Assembly: GCA_038230375.1 (NCBI GenBank)
Contig: JBBRNJ010000009.1
Span: 32,001 to 96,000, forward strand
Origin: Polyangiales bacterium
GTDB lineage: Bacteria > Myxococcota_A > Polyangia > Polyangiales > Polyangiaceae
Direction of reading: 5' to 3'
DNA: 64,000 bases
Part shown: in pieces, positions 9,278-19,111 of the stretch
How positions within the stretch are numbered: the first letter of the stretch is position 1
Layout of the letters: every line of letters starts with the position of its first letter
Position numbers and translations under genes: made by a program
Notes under the pieces: generated by a model
The model's input: only the letters and a program-made list of their open reading frames with translations
The model's database searches: none
What the model was told of the DNA's origin: nothing

Positions 9278-10240
9278 TCAGAAGGCCCCGCGCAGCCCCA
9301 GCGTGGACCCCAACCCGACATTGGCAGGCGCGAACGACGGGACGAGCGTCCACGCGCCGGGGCGATTCCCCGCGGCCTTCGGCGACGACGATGCACTCCG
9401 CGGCCACAGCAAATAGAGAAAGACGCCGCTGGCGATCACACCTGCGCCGCCCAGCCCGATCATGGGTAGCCCGAAGGTCTGATCATTCTTCGCGGCGTCG
9501 TGGTGGGAGCGCACCGAGTACGTGTAGGGGCACAGGGATGGGTCGGGTTTGGCGACGTCGCAGCTGGGGTTCGCTGTCACCTCCTTGGTCGCGCTCGGGA
9601 TGAGGTCGTTCGACTTGTTGTTCTCCGAGTTTGCGGTCACCTGGAAGAAGACGCCGATCCCGAGGACCACGAGGGAGAGTCCGCCGACGACCAGCGGAAC
9701 GACGGGGACCCCCTCGCGCTTCGCACGCTGCGCCATCGCAGGCGACCTTGCGTTCGGCTTCTTCGTGGGCGGCGGCTCCTCGAGCACGACGACCACGCGA
9801 CGGTTCTTCTCGCCCTCGAGCGCGACCAGGGACAGCTCCTGGGCGCGAGCGCCCGCGGTGACCTTGAGTGCATGCGTGCCCGGGTCGAGCGGCACCGCGG
9901 TCCCATCCGCGATGCGAGAGGAGCTACCGTCGATGAGGATGGAGGCGGTCTGGAGATCCTTGCCATTGCTGTCGCGCACCACGAACAGGACGGAAGGGAG
10001 CAGAGCGTCGACCTCTTTTGCCCATCCGACGCAATCATCGCGAACGATCTTCGGACACGCGTCTTTGCTGCACGAGTCGAAGAGGTCCTTCGCCGCGATG
10101 AGCTTCTTGTCGGCGCGCTGGCGCTGCCCCTCCTCCGAGATGCCGATACACGTCTTCGTGTCGGCACGCGCCGCGTTGTCTGCCGATACCAGGAGGGCGA
10201 GGGCAATCGCGGTTCGGAACGCAAGTCGAGTCGCCCTCAT
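9278..10240 (-). CDS. hypothetical secreted/membrane protein with PEGA-like segment
   Basis: Signal peptide, Cys-paired helical N-terminus, ILIDG...LDPGTH, two hydrophobic segments, C-terminal LRGAF. Confidence 0.7.
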   Translation of the reverse strand: MRATRLAFRTAIALALLVSADNAARADTKTCIGISEEGQRQRADKKLIAAKDLFDSCSKDACPKIVRDDCVGWAKEVDALLPSVLFVVRDSNGKDLQTASILIDGSSSRIADGTAVPLDPGTHALKVTAGARAQELSLVALEGEKNRRVVVVLEEPPPTKKPNARSPAMAQRAKREGVPVVPLVVGGLSLVVLGIGVFFQVTANSENNKSNDLIPSATKEVTANPSCDVAKPDPSLCPYTYSVRSHHDAAKNDQTFGLPMIGLGGAGVIASGVFLYLLWPRSASSSPKAAGNRPGAWTLVPSFAPANVGLGSTLGLRGAF

Positions 10241-10374
10241 CCGGTCGCCAGGATACGCCCCATCGCCCTCATTCCCAACCCCTTCCCCGGGGCCGGTCTG
10301 GGGTGGGCTGGACATGCCAATGCGGCCCACGCGAGCGCTCGACGACGCACGCGCTGTGTAGTACCTCGTCAGGC

Positions 10375-10965
10375 ATGGGAACGCGTATCCACTCCTCTTC
10401 GCTCGTGTCCGACAAGGCCGAGATCGGCGATGGCTCGCAGATCTGGCTGTTCTGCCAGGTTCGCGAGAACGTGCAGATGGGCAAGAACTGCATCCTGGGG
10501 AAGGGCGTGTACGTCGATTCGGACGTCGTCATCGGCGACAACGTGAAGATCCAGAACAACGTGTCTCTCTTCCACGGCGTCACGGTGGATGACGGCGTCT
10601 TCATCGGCCCGCACGTGTGCTTCACCAACGACCTGCGCCCGCGCGCCGTGAACCCGGACATGTCGCTGAAGGCCGCCACGGACTGGATCGTGTCCAAGAC
10701 GCACGTGAAGGCAGGCGCTGCGCTCGGCGCGAACTCCACGATCCGCTGCGGCATCACGATCGGCAAGTGGGCGATGATCGCAGCCGGCGCGGTCGTCACG
10801 AAGGACGTCCCCGACCATGGGCTCGTCGCGGGCGCACCTGCGAAGCAGCTCGGCTGGGTCTGCGCGTGCGGGGAGCGCGTGAAGCTCGAAGGCAACCGCA
10901 CCGCCTGCACCTGTGGGCGCGCGCTCGTGCGGGGCGCTGACGGCACGGTCTCGCAGGAGGGCTGA
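10375..10965 (+). CDS. hexapeptide-repeat acyltransferase (WbpD/WlbB-like sugar N-acetyltransferase)
   Basis: IGDNVKIQNNVS, FIGPHVCFTND, GANSTI, AGAVVTKDVP, GWVCACG, CTCG. Confidence 0.85.
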   Translation: MGTRIHSSSLVSDKAEIGDGSQIWLFCQVRENVQMGKNCILGKGVYVDSDVVIGDNVKIQNNVSLFHGVTVDDGVFIGPHVCFTNDLRPRAVNPDMSLKAATDWIVSKTHVKAGAALGANSTIRCGITIGKWAMIAAGAVVTKDVPDHGLVAGAPAKQLGWVCACGERVKLEGNRTACTCGRALVRGADGTVSQEG

Positions 10966-10969
10966 GCCG

Positions 10970-11806
10970 ATGAGCACCATCTTCGCCCCAGGGTTGTTCG
11001 AGGGACATGTCGCGCTCGTCACGGGCGGTGGCAGCGGCATTGGCCTGTGCACAGCGCGAACCCTTGCCGCGCTCGGCGCGAAGATCGCCATCTGCGGCCG
11101 CACGGAGGAGAAGCTCGCGGCGGCGAAGAAGGAGCTCGAGGCGCGCGGCGCCACCGTCTTTGCGCAGACCTGCGACATCCGCGAGCACGAGAAAATTGGC
11201 GCCTTCGTAGACGCCGTCGTCGCAACGCTCGGGCCCATCTCGGTCCTCATCAACAACGCCGGCGGTCAGTTCCCCACCACCGCCGAGACGGTGACTCCAC
11301 GCGGCTGGGAGGCGGTCATCCGCAACAACCTGAACGGCACGTTCTTCATGACGCAGGCGGTGGCCACGCGCTGCATGATCCCGAAGAAGCGCGGGCGCAT
11401 CGTGAACGTGATCGCGAACATCGCGCGCGGCTTTCCGGGCATGATCCACACGGGCGCAGCACGCGCGGGCGTGGAGAACATGACGAAGACGCTCGCGGTG
11501 GAGTGGGCGCCCCACAACATCCAGGTGAACGCGTGCGCGCCCGGCATCATCAAGACCAGCGGCACCGATCAGTATCCGCCGGAGCTCGTGGAGATGAGCC
11601 GTCAGCGCACGCCACAGAAGCGGCTAGGAACGCCGGAGGAGTGCGCCGAGCTCATCGCGTACATGGCGAGCGACGCCGCGTGGTTCGTCACGGGCGAGAC
11701 CTGGTACATCGACGGCGGTTCGCATCTCTGGGGCGACAACTGGGTGTTGCCGGAGTCCGTGAACGCAGAGACGCCGGCGGCGATCCGCAAGATCCTAGAG
11801 CGGTGA
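10970..11806 (+). CDS. SDR oxidoreductase (2,4-dienoyl-/trans-2-enoyl-CoA reductase-like)
   Basis: TGGGSGIG, NNAGGQF, HTGAARAG, LAVEWA, IDGG. Confidence 0.88.
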   Translation: MSTIFAPGLFEGHVALVTGGGSGIGLCTARTLAALGAKIAICGRTEEKLAAAKKELEARGATVFAQTCDIREHEKIGAFVDAVVATLGPISVLINNAGGQFPTTAETVTPRGWEAVIRNNLNGTFFMTQAVATRCMIPKKRGRIVNVIANIARGFPGMIHTGAARAGVENMTKTLAVEWAPHNIQVNACAPGIIKTSGTDQYPPELVEMSRQRTPQKRLGTPEECAELIAYMASDAAWFVTGETWYIDGGSHLWGDNWVLPESVNAETPAAIRKILER

Positions 11807-11810
11807 TGCC

Positions 11811-13940
11811 GTGGGCGACGGAAACGAAGTAGAGGAGGGAGCCGAGACGACGGAGACGACGACGACGTCGACACCGACTTCGACCTCGACCCCGACCTCG
11901 CCCTCGACCTCGCCCTCGACCTCGACCTCGACCTCGCCCTCGCCCTCGACCTCGACCTCGACCTCGACGTCCGGCTTGCCTTCGCCGTCTCCCCGTCGCT
12001 CCTTCTGGTCCTCGGTGAGGACGACCATTCACGACTTCTTCTACGGCGAAGATCCGACCATCAGTGCGGCGCTCGTTCCGTTCTGCTTCCTCTCGATGGC
12101 GCTCTTCACGCGGCATCCCACGAAGACGAACTTCATCTTCGACGAGCAAGAGGCGCTGCTTGCGAATCCGTACGTGCGCAGCGTCGCGGACTCCAAGAGC
12201 CCGCTGCACTGGATCGACGCGTTTCACAGGGATTTCTGGGGTCTTCCGCCGGAGCGCAGCATCGGTTCGTACCGGCCGATTCCGAACCTGGTGTGGCGCG
12301 CGCTGTGGGGCGTCGGCGCGCGCGAGCAGACGCCGTTCCTGCATCACTGGGTGAACGTGCTCATGCACGGCATCAACGGGGCGCTCGTCACGGTGATCGC
12401 GATGCACGTGACGCGGAACCGGCGCACCGCGTGGCTCTCGGGCCTTGCCTTCACTGCGTGCGCGCTGCTGACGGAGTCCGTGAGCGGCGTCGTGGGCCTT
12501 GCAGACGTGCTCGGCGCCACGGGCGCTCTCTTCGCGCTCTACGCGCTTCGCTGGAAGCCGTGGATCATGTTCGCGGGTGTCTTCGCAGGCGTGACGTTTG
12601 GACTGTTCTCGAAGGAGAGCGCGCTCGCATGCGTGCCGGCGATCCCCGTCTTCGCGCTCCTCACCTCGCAGCTGACGTTCCCGGAGAAGCCGCAGCGCTG
12701 GACGCGCGCGCTCATCTCGTTCGCGGCGGCCGCTCTCGCATTCGTCTTCTACGTGGAGCTCCGGCGCCGTGCGTTCCAGGCGCCGCTCCCCGCGGAGTTC
12801 TCGATCGACGCGAACATCGGCAAGTCGCTACCGCACCGCGCGTTCGCCGGGCTCATGCGCTGGTATGGGCAGCCCGGGCTCCCTCGCGATCCGCTCAACA
12901 ACCCGCTCGTCTCCGCGGACATGCCGCACCGTGTGGCCGGCGCGCTACGCGTGTACGCCCGTGGGCTCTGGCAGCTGATCTTCCCGAAGACGCTGTCGGG
13001 CGACTACTCGTCACCGCAGGAGCCCATTCCAGACGTGCTCGTATTCCCGGAGAGCATCGTCGGCGCCCTGGCCATGGTCCTCCCGTTCCCTGCGGCCATC
13101 TGGTTCGGCGTGCGCGCGTGGCTGCGGAGCAACAAGGACGAGTCGATCGAGGTCGGTGGTCCGTATCGCGCCTCCGTCGTGACGCTCGACAAGGCGCGCG
13201 ACCTGGCACCGCTCGTCTGCGCGCTCTGCCTCTGGGTGGTGTTCTTCTACTTCCCGGTCTCGAACATCCCGGTGCTGCTCCCTACCGTGCGCGCGGAGCG
13301 CTTCTGGTACTTCCCGGCCATCGCGACCAGCATGCTCCTGGGCATGACGCTGGACACGCTCTTCGAGGAGACGAAGATACGTGTACTCTACAGGCGATTC
13401 GCGTTCGCCTTCGTGATCTTCTTCTTCGTGTTCCAGAGCGTTGCCGCGCGCCGCCACGCCAACGACTACACGGACGACCTCGCGTTCTGGGATGCCACCC
13501 GCAACGCGGTGCCGCGCAGCGCAAAGGCGCACCTGAATTACTCGGTCATGAAGGGCGCCCGTGGCGATCTGGAGGAGCGCCTGGTGGGCAACGGCGAGGC
13601 CCTGCGCCTGTCGCCCGACTGGCCCATGGCGAACGTCTACTACGGCGACACTCTCTGCAGACTGCACCGCTCGAAGGAGTCGATCCCCTACTACGAGCGC
13701 GGCTTCGAGCTCGCCTACAACGACGTGAACCTCATCGCCCTGGGCCTGCAGTGCCTGTGGGACGAGAAGGAGCTCGCGGAAGACAAGCCGCTCCGGAGCG
13801 ACCTCAGCGAGCGCGCCGCCAAGTTTCCGGGGTCCTGGTACGACTACCTGATCAAGGACATGATCGCGAACGGGATCGAGCACAACGGCGTGGACCCAAA
13901 GCACAGACCGCGTGGGTACAACGAAGGCCCGAAAGAGTGA
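11811..13940 (+). CDS. TMTC-like GT-C membrane glycosyltransferase (DUF1736 plus TPR)
   Basis: FDE, DFWG, SYRP, GLADVL, SKE, LSGDYS, AERFWYFP, KAHLNY parallel TMTC motifs; many TM helices; Ser/Thr-rich N-terminus. Confidence 0.75.
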   Translation: MGDGNEVEEGAETTETTTTSTPTSTSTPTSPSTSPSTSTSTSPSPSTSTSTSTSGLPSPSPRRSFWSSVRTTIHDFFYGEDPTISAALVPFCFLSMALFTRHPTKTNFIFDEQEALLANPYVRSVADSKSPLHWIDAFHRDFWGLPPERSIGSYRPIPNLVWRALWGVGAREQTPFLHHWVNVLMHGINGALVTVIAMHVTRNRRTAWLSGLAFTACALLTESVSGVVGLADVLGATGALFALYALRWKPWIMFAGVFAGVTFGLFSKESALACVPAIPVFALLTSQLTFPEKPQRWTRALISFAAAALAFVFYVELRRRAFQAPLPAEFSIDANIGKSLPHRAFAGLMRWYGQPGLPRDPLNNPLVSADMPHRVAGALRVYARGLWQLIFPKTLSGDYSSPQEPIPDVLVFPESIVGALAMVLPFPAAIWFGVRAWLRSNKDESIEVGGPYRASVVTLDKARDLAPLVCALCLWVVFFYFPVSNIPVLLPTVRAERFWYFPAIATSMLLGMTLDTLFEETKIRVLYRRFAFAFVIFFFVFQSVAARRHANDYTDDLAFWDATRNAVPRSAKAHLNYSVMKGARGDLEERLVGNGEALRLSPDWPMANVYYGDTLCRLHRSKESIPYYERGFELAYNDVNLIALGLQCLWDEKELAEDKPLRSDLSERAAKFPGSWYDYLIKDMIANGIEHNGVDPKHRPRGYNEGPKE
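11867..11971 (+). repeat. hexamer tandem repeat (CCTCGA/CCTCGC-type) encoding a Ser/Thr/Pro tract
   Basis: cgacctcgac cccgacctcg ccctcgacct ... visible directly. Confidence 0.85.
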
Positions 13941-13954
13941 TATTGCTCTAGGCC

Positions 13955-14506
13955 ATGGCGCACCCGTGGCACGACATTCACATCACCGAACCGATCGAAG
14001 AGGGCTTCACGGCGTTCATCGAGATCCCCAAGGGCTCGAAGGTGAAGTACGAGCTCGACAAGGACACCGGCCTGCTGAAGGTGGACCGTGTGCTCTTCTC
14101 CGCGGTTCACTACCCGGCGAACTACGGCTTCATACCGCGGACGTTCTGCGACGACCAGGACCCGCTGGACGTGCTGGTGCTCGCGCAGGAGCCCGTCGTC
14201 CCCATGTGCATGATGCGCGCGCGCGCCATCGGCGTGATGCAGATGCGCGACGACAAAGGCCTGGACGACAAGATCATCGCCGTCCACATCGACGACCCCA
14301 CGTTTGTGGACTACACGCATATCCGCGAGCTGCCGAAGCACTGGCTCCTGGAGCTGAAGCGCTTCTTCGAGGACTACAAAACCCTCGAGCACAAGGAGGT
14401 CATCGTGCAGGACTTTCTCGGTCCGTTCGAGGCGAACAAGATCATCCGTCAGTCGCTCCTCGACTACACGGCCTTGATGAAGAAGAAGGCCGCGGAAGCC
14501 ACGTGA
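13955..14506 (+). CDS. ppa: family I inorganic pyrophosphatase
   Basis: [40 protein letters not shown]. Confidence 0.96.
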   Translation: MAHPWHDIHITEPIEEGFTAFIEIPKGSKVKYELDKDTGLLKVDRVLFSAVHYPANYGFIPRTFCDDQDPLDVLVLAQEPVVPMCMMRARAIGVMQMRDDKGLDDKIIAVHIDDPTFVDYTHIRELPKHWLLELKRFFEDYKTLEHKEVIVQDFLGPFEANKIIRQSLLDYTALMKKKAAEAT

Positions 14507-14534
14507 AGCTTCGCGTGGCCCCACGCGGAAACCG

Positions 14535-15155
14535 ATGAAGCGCGCGCTCGCGGCGAGCACCCTCTGCCTGTGCCTCGCACCTGCGGCTGCGCTCGCGTCG
14601 CCCCCCGAGCCGGGTGTGGTGAGCCCATTTCCGGAGCCCGACATCCGCGACGGTGAGGAGCTGCCCGGCCCGCTGGACCGCCGCCTCCTCCAGCACTCGA
14701 AGCTCTACGAGGTGGGCACGCTCTGGTTCCACGGCGTCCACCACGACAGCTGGTCGCAGGGCGTGTTCGACATCACCACGGGGCAGGAGCTCCGCACGCA
14801 CAAGTTTCCGTTCTACGTGCTGTCCTCACGCGCGGCCAGCATCCGCATGTACGACGACAAGAGCTACGGCATCGCATTCTTCCAGGACGTCGGAGGCGGC
14901 ATCGCGCTCGGCCCGATCGAGCCCGAGATCCACGTGGGCGCGCACATCATCGAGTTCGACGTGTTCCACGCGAACTGGGATTTCTCGCTCCTGTCGCCGC
15001 GCGCATCCGCGGAGATCGGCGTACGCATCGGCAGCGCCCGCGTTGAACTTGTAGGATACACGCAATATCTCTGGCGCTGGTACGGGGAGAGCCAGCTGGT
15101 CCGCGGCATCTCGATCGGCTTCTCGGTCGACCAGGCAAAGATGAGAATCCCCTAG
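14535..15155 (+). CDS. hypothetical secreted protein, possibly beta-rich outer-membrane protein
   Basis: Signal peptide ending ALA; alternating hydrophobic strands; co-directional with ppa and the next gene. Confidence 0.6.
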   Translation: MKRALAASTLCLCLAPAAALASPPEPGVVSPFPEPDIRDGEELPGPLDRRLLQHSKLYEVGTLWFHGVHHDSWSQGVFDITTGQELRTHKFPFYVLSSRAASIRMYDDKSYGIAFFQDVGGGIALGPIEPEIHVGAHIIEFDVFHANWDFSLLSPRASAEIGVRIGSARVELVGYTQYLWRWYGESQLVRGISIGFSVDQAKMRIP

Positions 15156-15157
15156 TC

Positions 15158-17074
15158 ATGGCCTCTCGCTGGCGGCGGCTGCGCAACGCGCTCTTCGGCA
15201 CGCGGCCGTGGATGATCCTCTGGTTCGTCGCGCCCACGTTGCTCGCCATCGTGATGGACTTCGCGATCCGGGGTGGCGCTCTCGTCGTGTATCCGCCGCT
15301 CGAGATCCTGAACTACACGGGGTCATCGTTCGCTGCTGCTGGGTTCTGGGGCGGGCCGCTGTGGCTCTCGTCGCGCCTGTTCTACGCGCGCGGTCGGGTG
15401 TGGAAGCCTCTGGCGCGCGGGCTCCTGGTCGTGTTCGTGGCAACGTTCGTGCTGCCGCTCACGATCTTCTGCTTCCCGGGGCAGGCCGTCTATCACCGCG
15501 TCTTCGCCTCCTACATGGCGCGTGACACGGTTCGCCTGGGCATCGCGCTGCGCGGCACGCTCGGGGACTGGCTGTTTGCGTGGGGCTCGCCGCTCGTGGT
15601 CGTGGCCATGGCGGCGATCGGCGTTCTGGTCACGTGGGTGCTCATGCGCGGCGTCCGTCGTGCGGGCCGCTACACCAGGCGAACACTGCCGATCATCCCC
15701 GTTCTGGGCTTCATCGGCTCTGCGGCCTGCTTCTGGATCGACTTCGTGGAGAGCCGCTCGCTACAGGCTGCGCCGCCGGACACGTGCTTCATCCACGGCG
15801 TCATGCACGCGCTCCATGACGGCGTGACGGGCAAGGGGTGGGTGCGGCGCGGCATCTCGCTACGCACACCGGCGCCGCTACCGCAGCTCACGCCAAAGGC
15901 ACATCGACCGAACGTGCTGCTCATCGTGACGGAGAGCGTGCGCGCGGATACCTCGTGCTCGGAGCCACCGCCGGCGTGTGCTTCGCAGTTCCTGGATCCC
16001 GTTGCGGGCGACCGCATCCCGCTTGGAAGGCTCACCACGCAATCGCCCGGCACGTTCAGCGCGTGCATGTTGCTCTGGACCGGCCTTCCGCCCACCGTGG
16101 ACTATCGCACCGCGCACTCCGCGCCCGTGCTGTGGGAGGTGGCCAAGGCAGAGGGCTACCGGACATCGTACGTGACGTCACAGAACCTGCGCTACGACGA
16201 CTTCGGCGCATTCATGAAGAACGCCGGCATCGACGAGCTGATCTCCGCGATGGGCCTGGGCGACACCAAGGACGCGCAGATCGGCGCGCCGGACGAGCGC
16301 GCGACCGCGAGGATGCTGGACGTGGTGAGGCGCACGCCCACGGACACGCCGTACTTTGGTGTGCTGCATTTCTCGAACACGCATGCGCCGTACAAAGCCG
16401 CGGACGATCTGCAGCCGTTCTCTCCGCACAGCACGGACGCGCTCGGCTCTGTGGACGCGTTCCACAACCAGTATCGCAACAGCGTGCTGCTGCAGGAGCG
16501 CACGCTCGCCGCGTTCCTCGCGGAGCTGCGGGCGATGCCGCGCTGGGACGACACGGTGGTGCTGTTCGTATCGGACCACGGCGAGCAGTTCCGCGAGCAC
16601 GGCGGGCTGTACCATATCCACACGCTCTACGAGGAGGAGGTGCGGATCCCCGGCTGGGCGCTTGCGGGCAAGGACGCGCTCACGCTCGACCAGCGTCGCG
16701 GGCTCGGCACGTACATGCAACGGCGGACCTACTCGCAGGATGTCAACGCGACGCTCCTGGATCTCCTGGGAGCCTTCGATGCGCGCGCGCAGTTCCCGTA
16801 TGCGGCGGAGCTGACGGGACGCTCACTCGTGCGGCCGGCCACGTACACGGAGCCCACCGTGTCCATGGCAACGGCCACGGGCGTGTGGGAGCCGGACGTG
16901 TTCGTGTACGGCGTCATGCGCGGCGACCGGCTGCTCGTGGGCACGCCCGCGCAGACGTGGTTCTGCTTCGACATCCCCACGGACCCGCGAGAGATCGCGC
17001 CGCACGCAGCAAGCTACTGCGGTGACATGCGCGCCATCGCGAAGAAGGCATTTCCCGGCGTGGTCCCGGACTGA
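15158..17074 (+). CDS. membrane-anchored sulfatase/alkaline-phosphatase superfamily protein (LtaS-like)
   Basis: About 5 N-terminal TM helices; PNVLLIVTESVRAD, NTHAPY, SDHGE. Confidence 0.82.
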   Translation: MASRWRRLRNALFGTRPWMILWFVAPTLLAIVMDFAIRGGALVVYPPLEILNYTGSSFAAAGFWGGPLWLSSRLFYARGRVWKPLARGLLVVFVATFVLPLTIFCFPGQAVYHRVFASYMARDTVRLGIALRGTLGDWLFAWGSPLVVVAMAAIGVLVTWVLMRGVRRAGRYTRRTLPIIPVLGFIGSAACFWIDFVESRSLQAAPPDTCFIHGVMHALHDGVTGKGWVRRGISLRTPAPLPQLTPKAHRPNVLLIVTESVRADTSCSEPPPACASQFLDPVAGDRIPLGRLTTQSPGTFSACMLLWTGLPPTVDYRTAHSAPVLWEVAKAEGYRTSYVTSQNLRYDDFGAFMKNAGIDELISAMGLGDTKDAQIGAPDERATARMLDVVRRTPTDTPYFGVLHFSNTHAPYKAADDLQPFSPHSTDALGSVDAFHNQYRNSVLLQERTLAAFLAELRAMPRWDDTVVLFVSDHGEQFREHGGLYHIHTLYEEEVRIPGWALAGKDALTLDQRRGLGTYMQRRTYSQDVNATLLDLLGAFDARAQFPYAAELTGRSLVRPATYTEPTVSMATATGVWEPDVFVYGVMRGDRLLVGTPAQTWFCFDIPTDPREIAPHAASYCGDMRAIAKKAFPGVVPD

Positions 17075-17092
17075 CCTCCGTCGCGCGAGCGC

Positions 17093-18409
17093 CTATTTCC
17101 CAAGCAGAATGACGTCGAGCGGCAGGTTGGAGCCACCCGCGCTCACGAGCGAGAACGAAGACGAACCTGCGCCGTAGGTGCCGAGCCAGATCGCGCTCGT
17201 GGTCACGCCGAGCGACGTCTGCGCACTGGGCATGAGGACCGCGGGCGTCATCGGGAGAACGCGCGCAACGCCACCCCACTCACCACCACGCGGCGAGAGC
17301 AGAGCGGAGAAGCCGGCAGGGACCGCAACAGAAACCGTGTAGAATACACCGTAATTTCCGCCGAGCGTCTTCGCCTTGCCTGTGGTCTTGTCGGTGCCGC
17401 TGAGGTCCGGCTCGGTGACGTTGCCGCCCAGGCGCAGGTGGCGCGCGCCCTGGGGAGGACCCGCAACGAGGAGCGCGAGGTCTGCGCCGGGGAAGGTGCC
17501 GCGATCGTGCGCGGCGTCATCGGGCAAGAGGGACAGGCCCGCGGTTGCGGCGACGGTGTCGGCCCCCGCGAGCACGCTGACCACGGAGATCTTCACGGCC
17601 GCGTCGGTCTCCACGTCGAAGATGGCGTGGACGAGCTCGTCCTTCTTGGCGTGGAGGCCGTCCAGGTTGGCGTCCAGCAGGACGCGAGCGCCTGCCGGGA
17701 CGGTGACCACGGTCGCAAGGTCGGAGTCCAGCCACGCGGCGGCAACGCTCTTGCCAACGCCCACGTAGTCCGTGGAGGGCGTGACGGTTCCCTTCTTCTT
17801 GATGGTCACGTGCGCGGCGGTCGCGTTCTGGTTCAGCACCACGACGGGGAACTTGCGCAGCGCGACGGAACCATTTGCATGATACACGTAAATTCTGTAG
17901 CGACCAACGCCCACGGTGTCCGCGTAGAGGACGCCGTCGCTCACGGGGGACTCCGGGTCGTCGGAGAAGAGCATCGTCGCCGCGTTCGGCGGGCTGCACA
18001 CGACGACGGGCGCGCACGGCACGTTGCCTTCGTCCATTCCCGCGAGGGAGACGACGTCGCCCGGCAACGCGGCCGCGTCTGCGAGCGAGGGGGGTGCGGC
18101 ACCAGCGTCCGCACCGCACGCGCGCCTGTCCGCGACCAGCGTGTATCCCGCCGGGCAGAGCACAGATGCGCCAGCGTCGCCGGCGTCGCCAGCGGTGGCA
18201 GCGTCTGCGCCCGGTGCTCCGTCCGCGGAAGCTCCGCCCTCCCCCACCAGCACACTGGATGGAACGTGGGACTCGTCGCCAGCGTCGACGCCAGCGGTGG
18301 CACCGCTGTCGCTACCGCATGCCCCCAGGAGGGCGCCAACGGCAGAGAGCGTGAAGACGGCGAAGAGCGCGAAGACCGTCCGCTGCGAGATGCGAGGACG
18401 AAAAGCCAT
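17093..18409 (-). CDS. hypothetical lipoprotein
   Basis: Lipobox LGAC, DAG-rich linker, beta-rich domain with LFSDDPE, GGNYGVFY, SPRGG. Confidence 0.7.
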   Translation of the reverse strand: MAFRPRISQRTVFALFAVFTLSAVGALLGACGSDSGATAGVDAGDESHVPSSVLVGEGGASADGAPGADAATAGDAGDAGASVLCPAGYTLVADRRACGADAGAAPPSLADAAALPGDVVSLAGMDEGNVPCAPVVVCSPPNAATMLFSDDPESPVSDGVLYADTVGVGRYRIYVYHANGSVALRKFPVVVLNQNATAAHVTIKKKGTVTPSTDYVGVGKSVAAAWLDSDLATVVTVPAGARVLLDANLDGLHAKKDELVHAIFDVETDAAVKISVVSVLAGADTVAATAGLSLLPDDAAHDRGTFPGADLALLVAGPPQGARHLRLGGNVTEPDLSGTDKTTGKAKTLGGNYGVFYTVSVAVPAGFSALLSPRGGEWGGVARVLPMTPAVLMPSAQTSLGVTTSAIWLGTYGAGSSSFSLVSAGGSNLPLDVILLGK

Positions 18410-18468
18410 ACCTTGCTCTCTACTCCTTCGTCCGTGCCGGCGACATTCGAACGTGACATGCTCGGCGT

Positions 18469-19098
18469 GTGAAGCTCGGAAAACGACGGATCGACGCCGC
18501 GCTGATCGCGGACGCGGCGCACTACGAGGAGCTCGTCTGCCAGCTCATCCTGAAGGCGCGGCTGTCCGTGTGGATCGCGACAGCGAACCTGAAGGACCTG
18601 CATGTGGAGGCGCCGATCGGGACGCGCGCGCGTGCACGCGGCGCCTTCGTGTCCATGTACGAGCGCCTGACGGAGCTCGCCGCCGCCGGGGTGGAGGTTC
18701 GCATCCTCCATGGTGGCGTCCCGTCGGGTCCGTTCCGTGCGCGGCTCGCCGCTGGGCGTGCACGAAGCGGCACCGCGAAGAAGGCAGCAGGCGTGGAGCT
18801 TCGGCGCTGCCCTCGTGTCCATCTGAAGGTCGTGGCCGTCGACGCCACACAGCTCTACCTGGGCAGCGCAAACTTCACCGGCGCGGGGCTGGGCGCCAAG
18901 GCGGACGGGCGACGCAACTTCGAGATGGGCCTGCTCACGGACGACGACGTGTTCATGGACGCTGCGCTGTCGCGCTTTGACGCGATCTGGCAGGGGAAAG
19001 AATGTGCATCCTGCAAGCTTCGGCGGGAGTGCCCGCGACCGCTGGACATGGGGCCGCCAGCGCCGAAACGCAAATCCACCCAGCTCGCGCGCGCGTAG
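18469..19098 (+). CDS. single-domain phospholipase D/nuclease family protein with C-terminal Cys cluster
   Basis: HLKVVAVD (HxKxxxxD), GSANFT, RNFE, CASCKLRREC. Confidence 0.82.
   Translation: MKLGKRRIDAALIADAAHYEELVCQLILKARLSVWIATANLKDLHVEAPIGTRARARGAFVSMYERLTELAAAGVEVRILHGGVPSGPFRARLAAGRARSGTAKKAAGVELRRCPRVHLKVVAVDATQLYLGSANFTGAGLGAKADGRRNFEMGLLTDDDVFMDAALSRFDAIWQGKECASCKLRRECPRPLDMGPPAPKRKSTQLARA
19074..19097 (+). promoter_or_regulatory. putative ECF-sigma promoter ATCC-N16-CGTA of the TPR-HupE operon
   Basis: ATCCACC...CGTAG with the same spacing as the motif upstream of the DUF4331 gene. Confidence 0.5.
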
Positions 19099-19111
19099 AG
19101 TTCCCTTGGAG

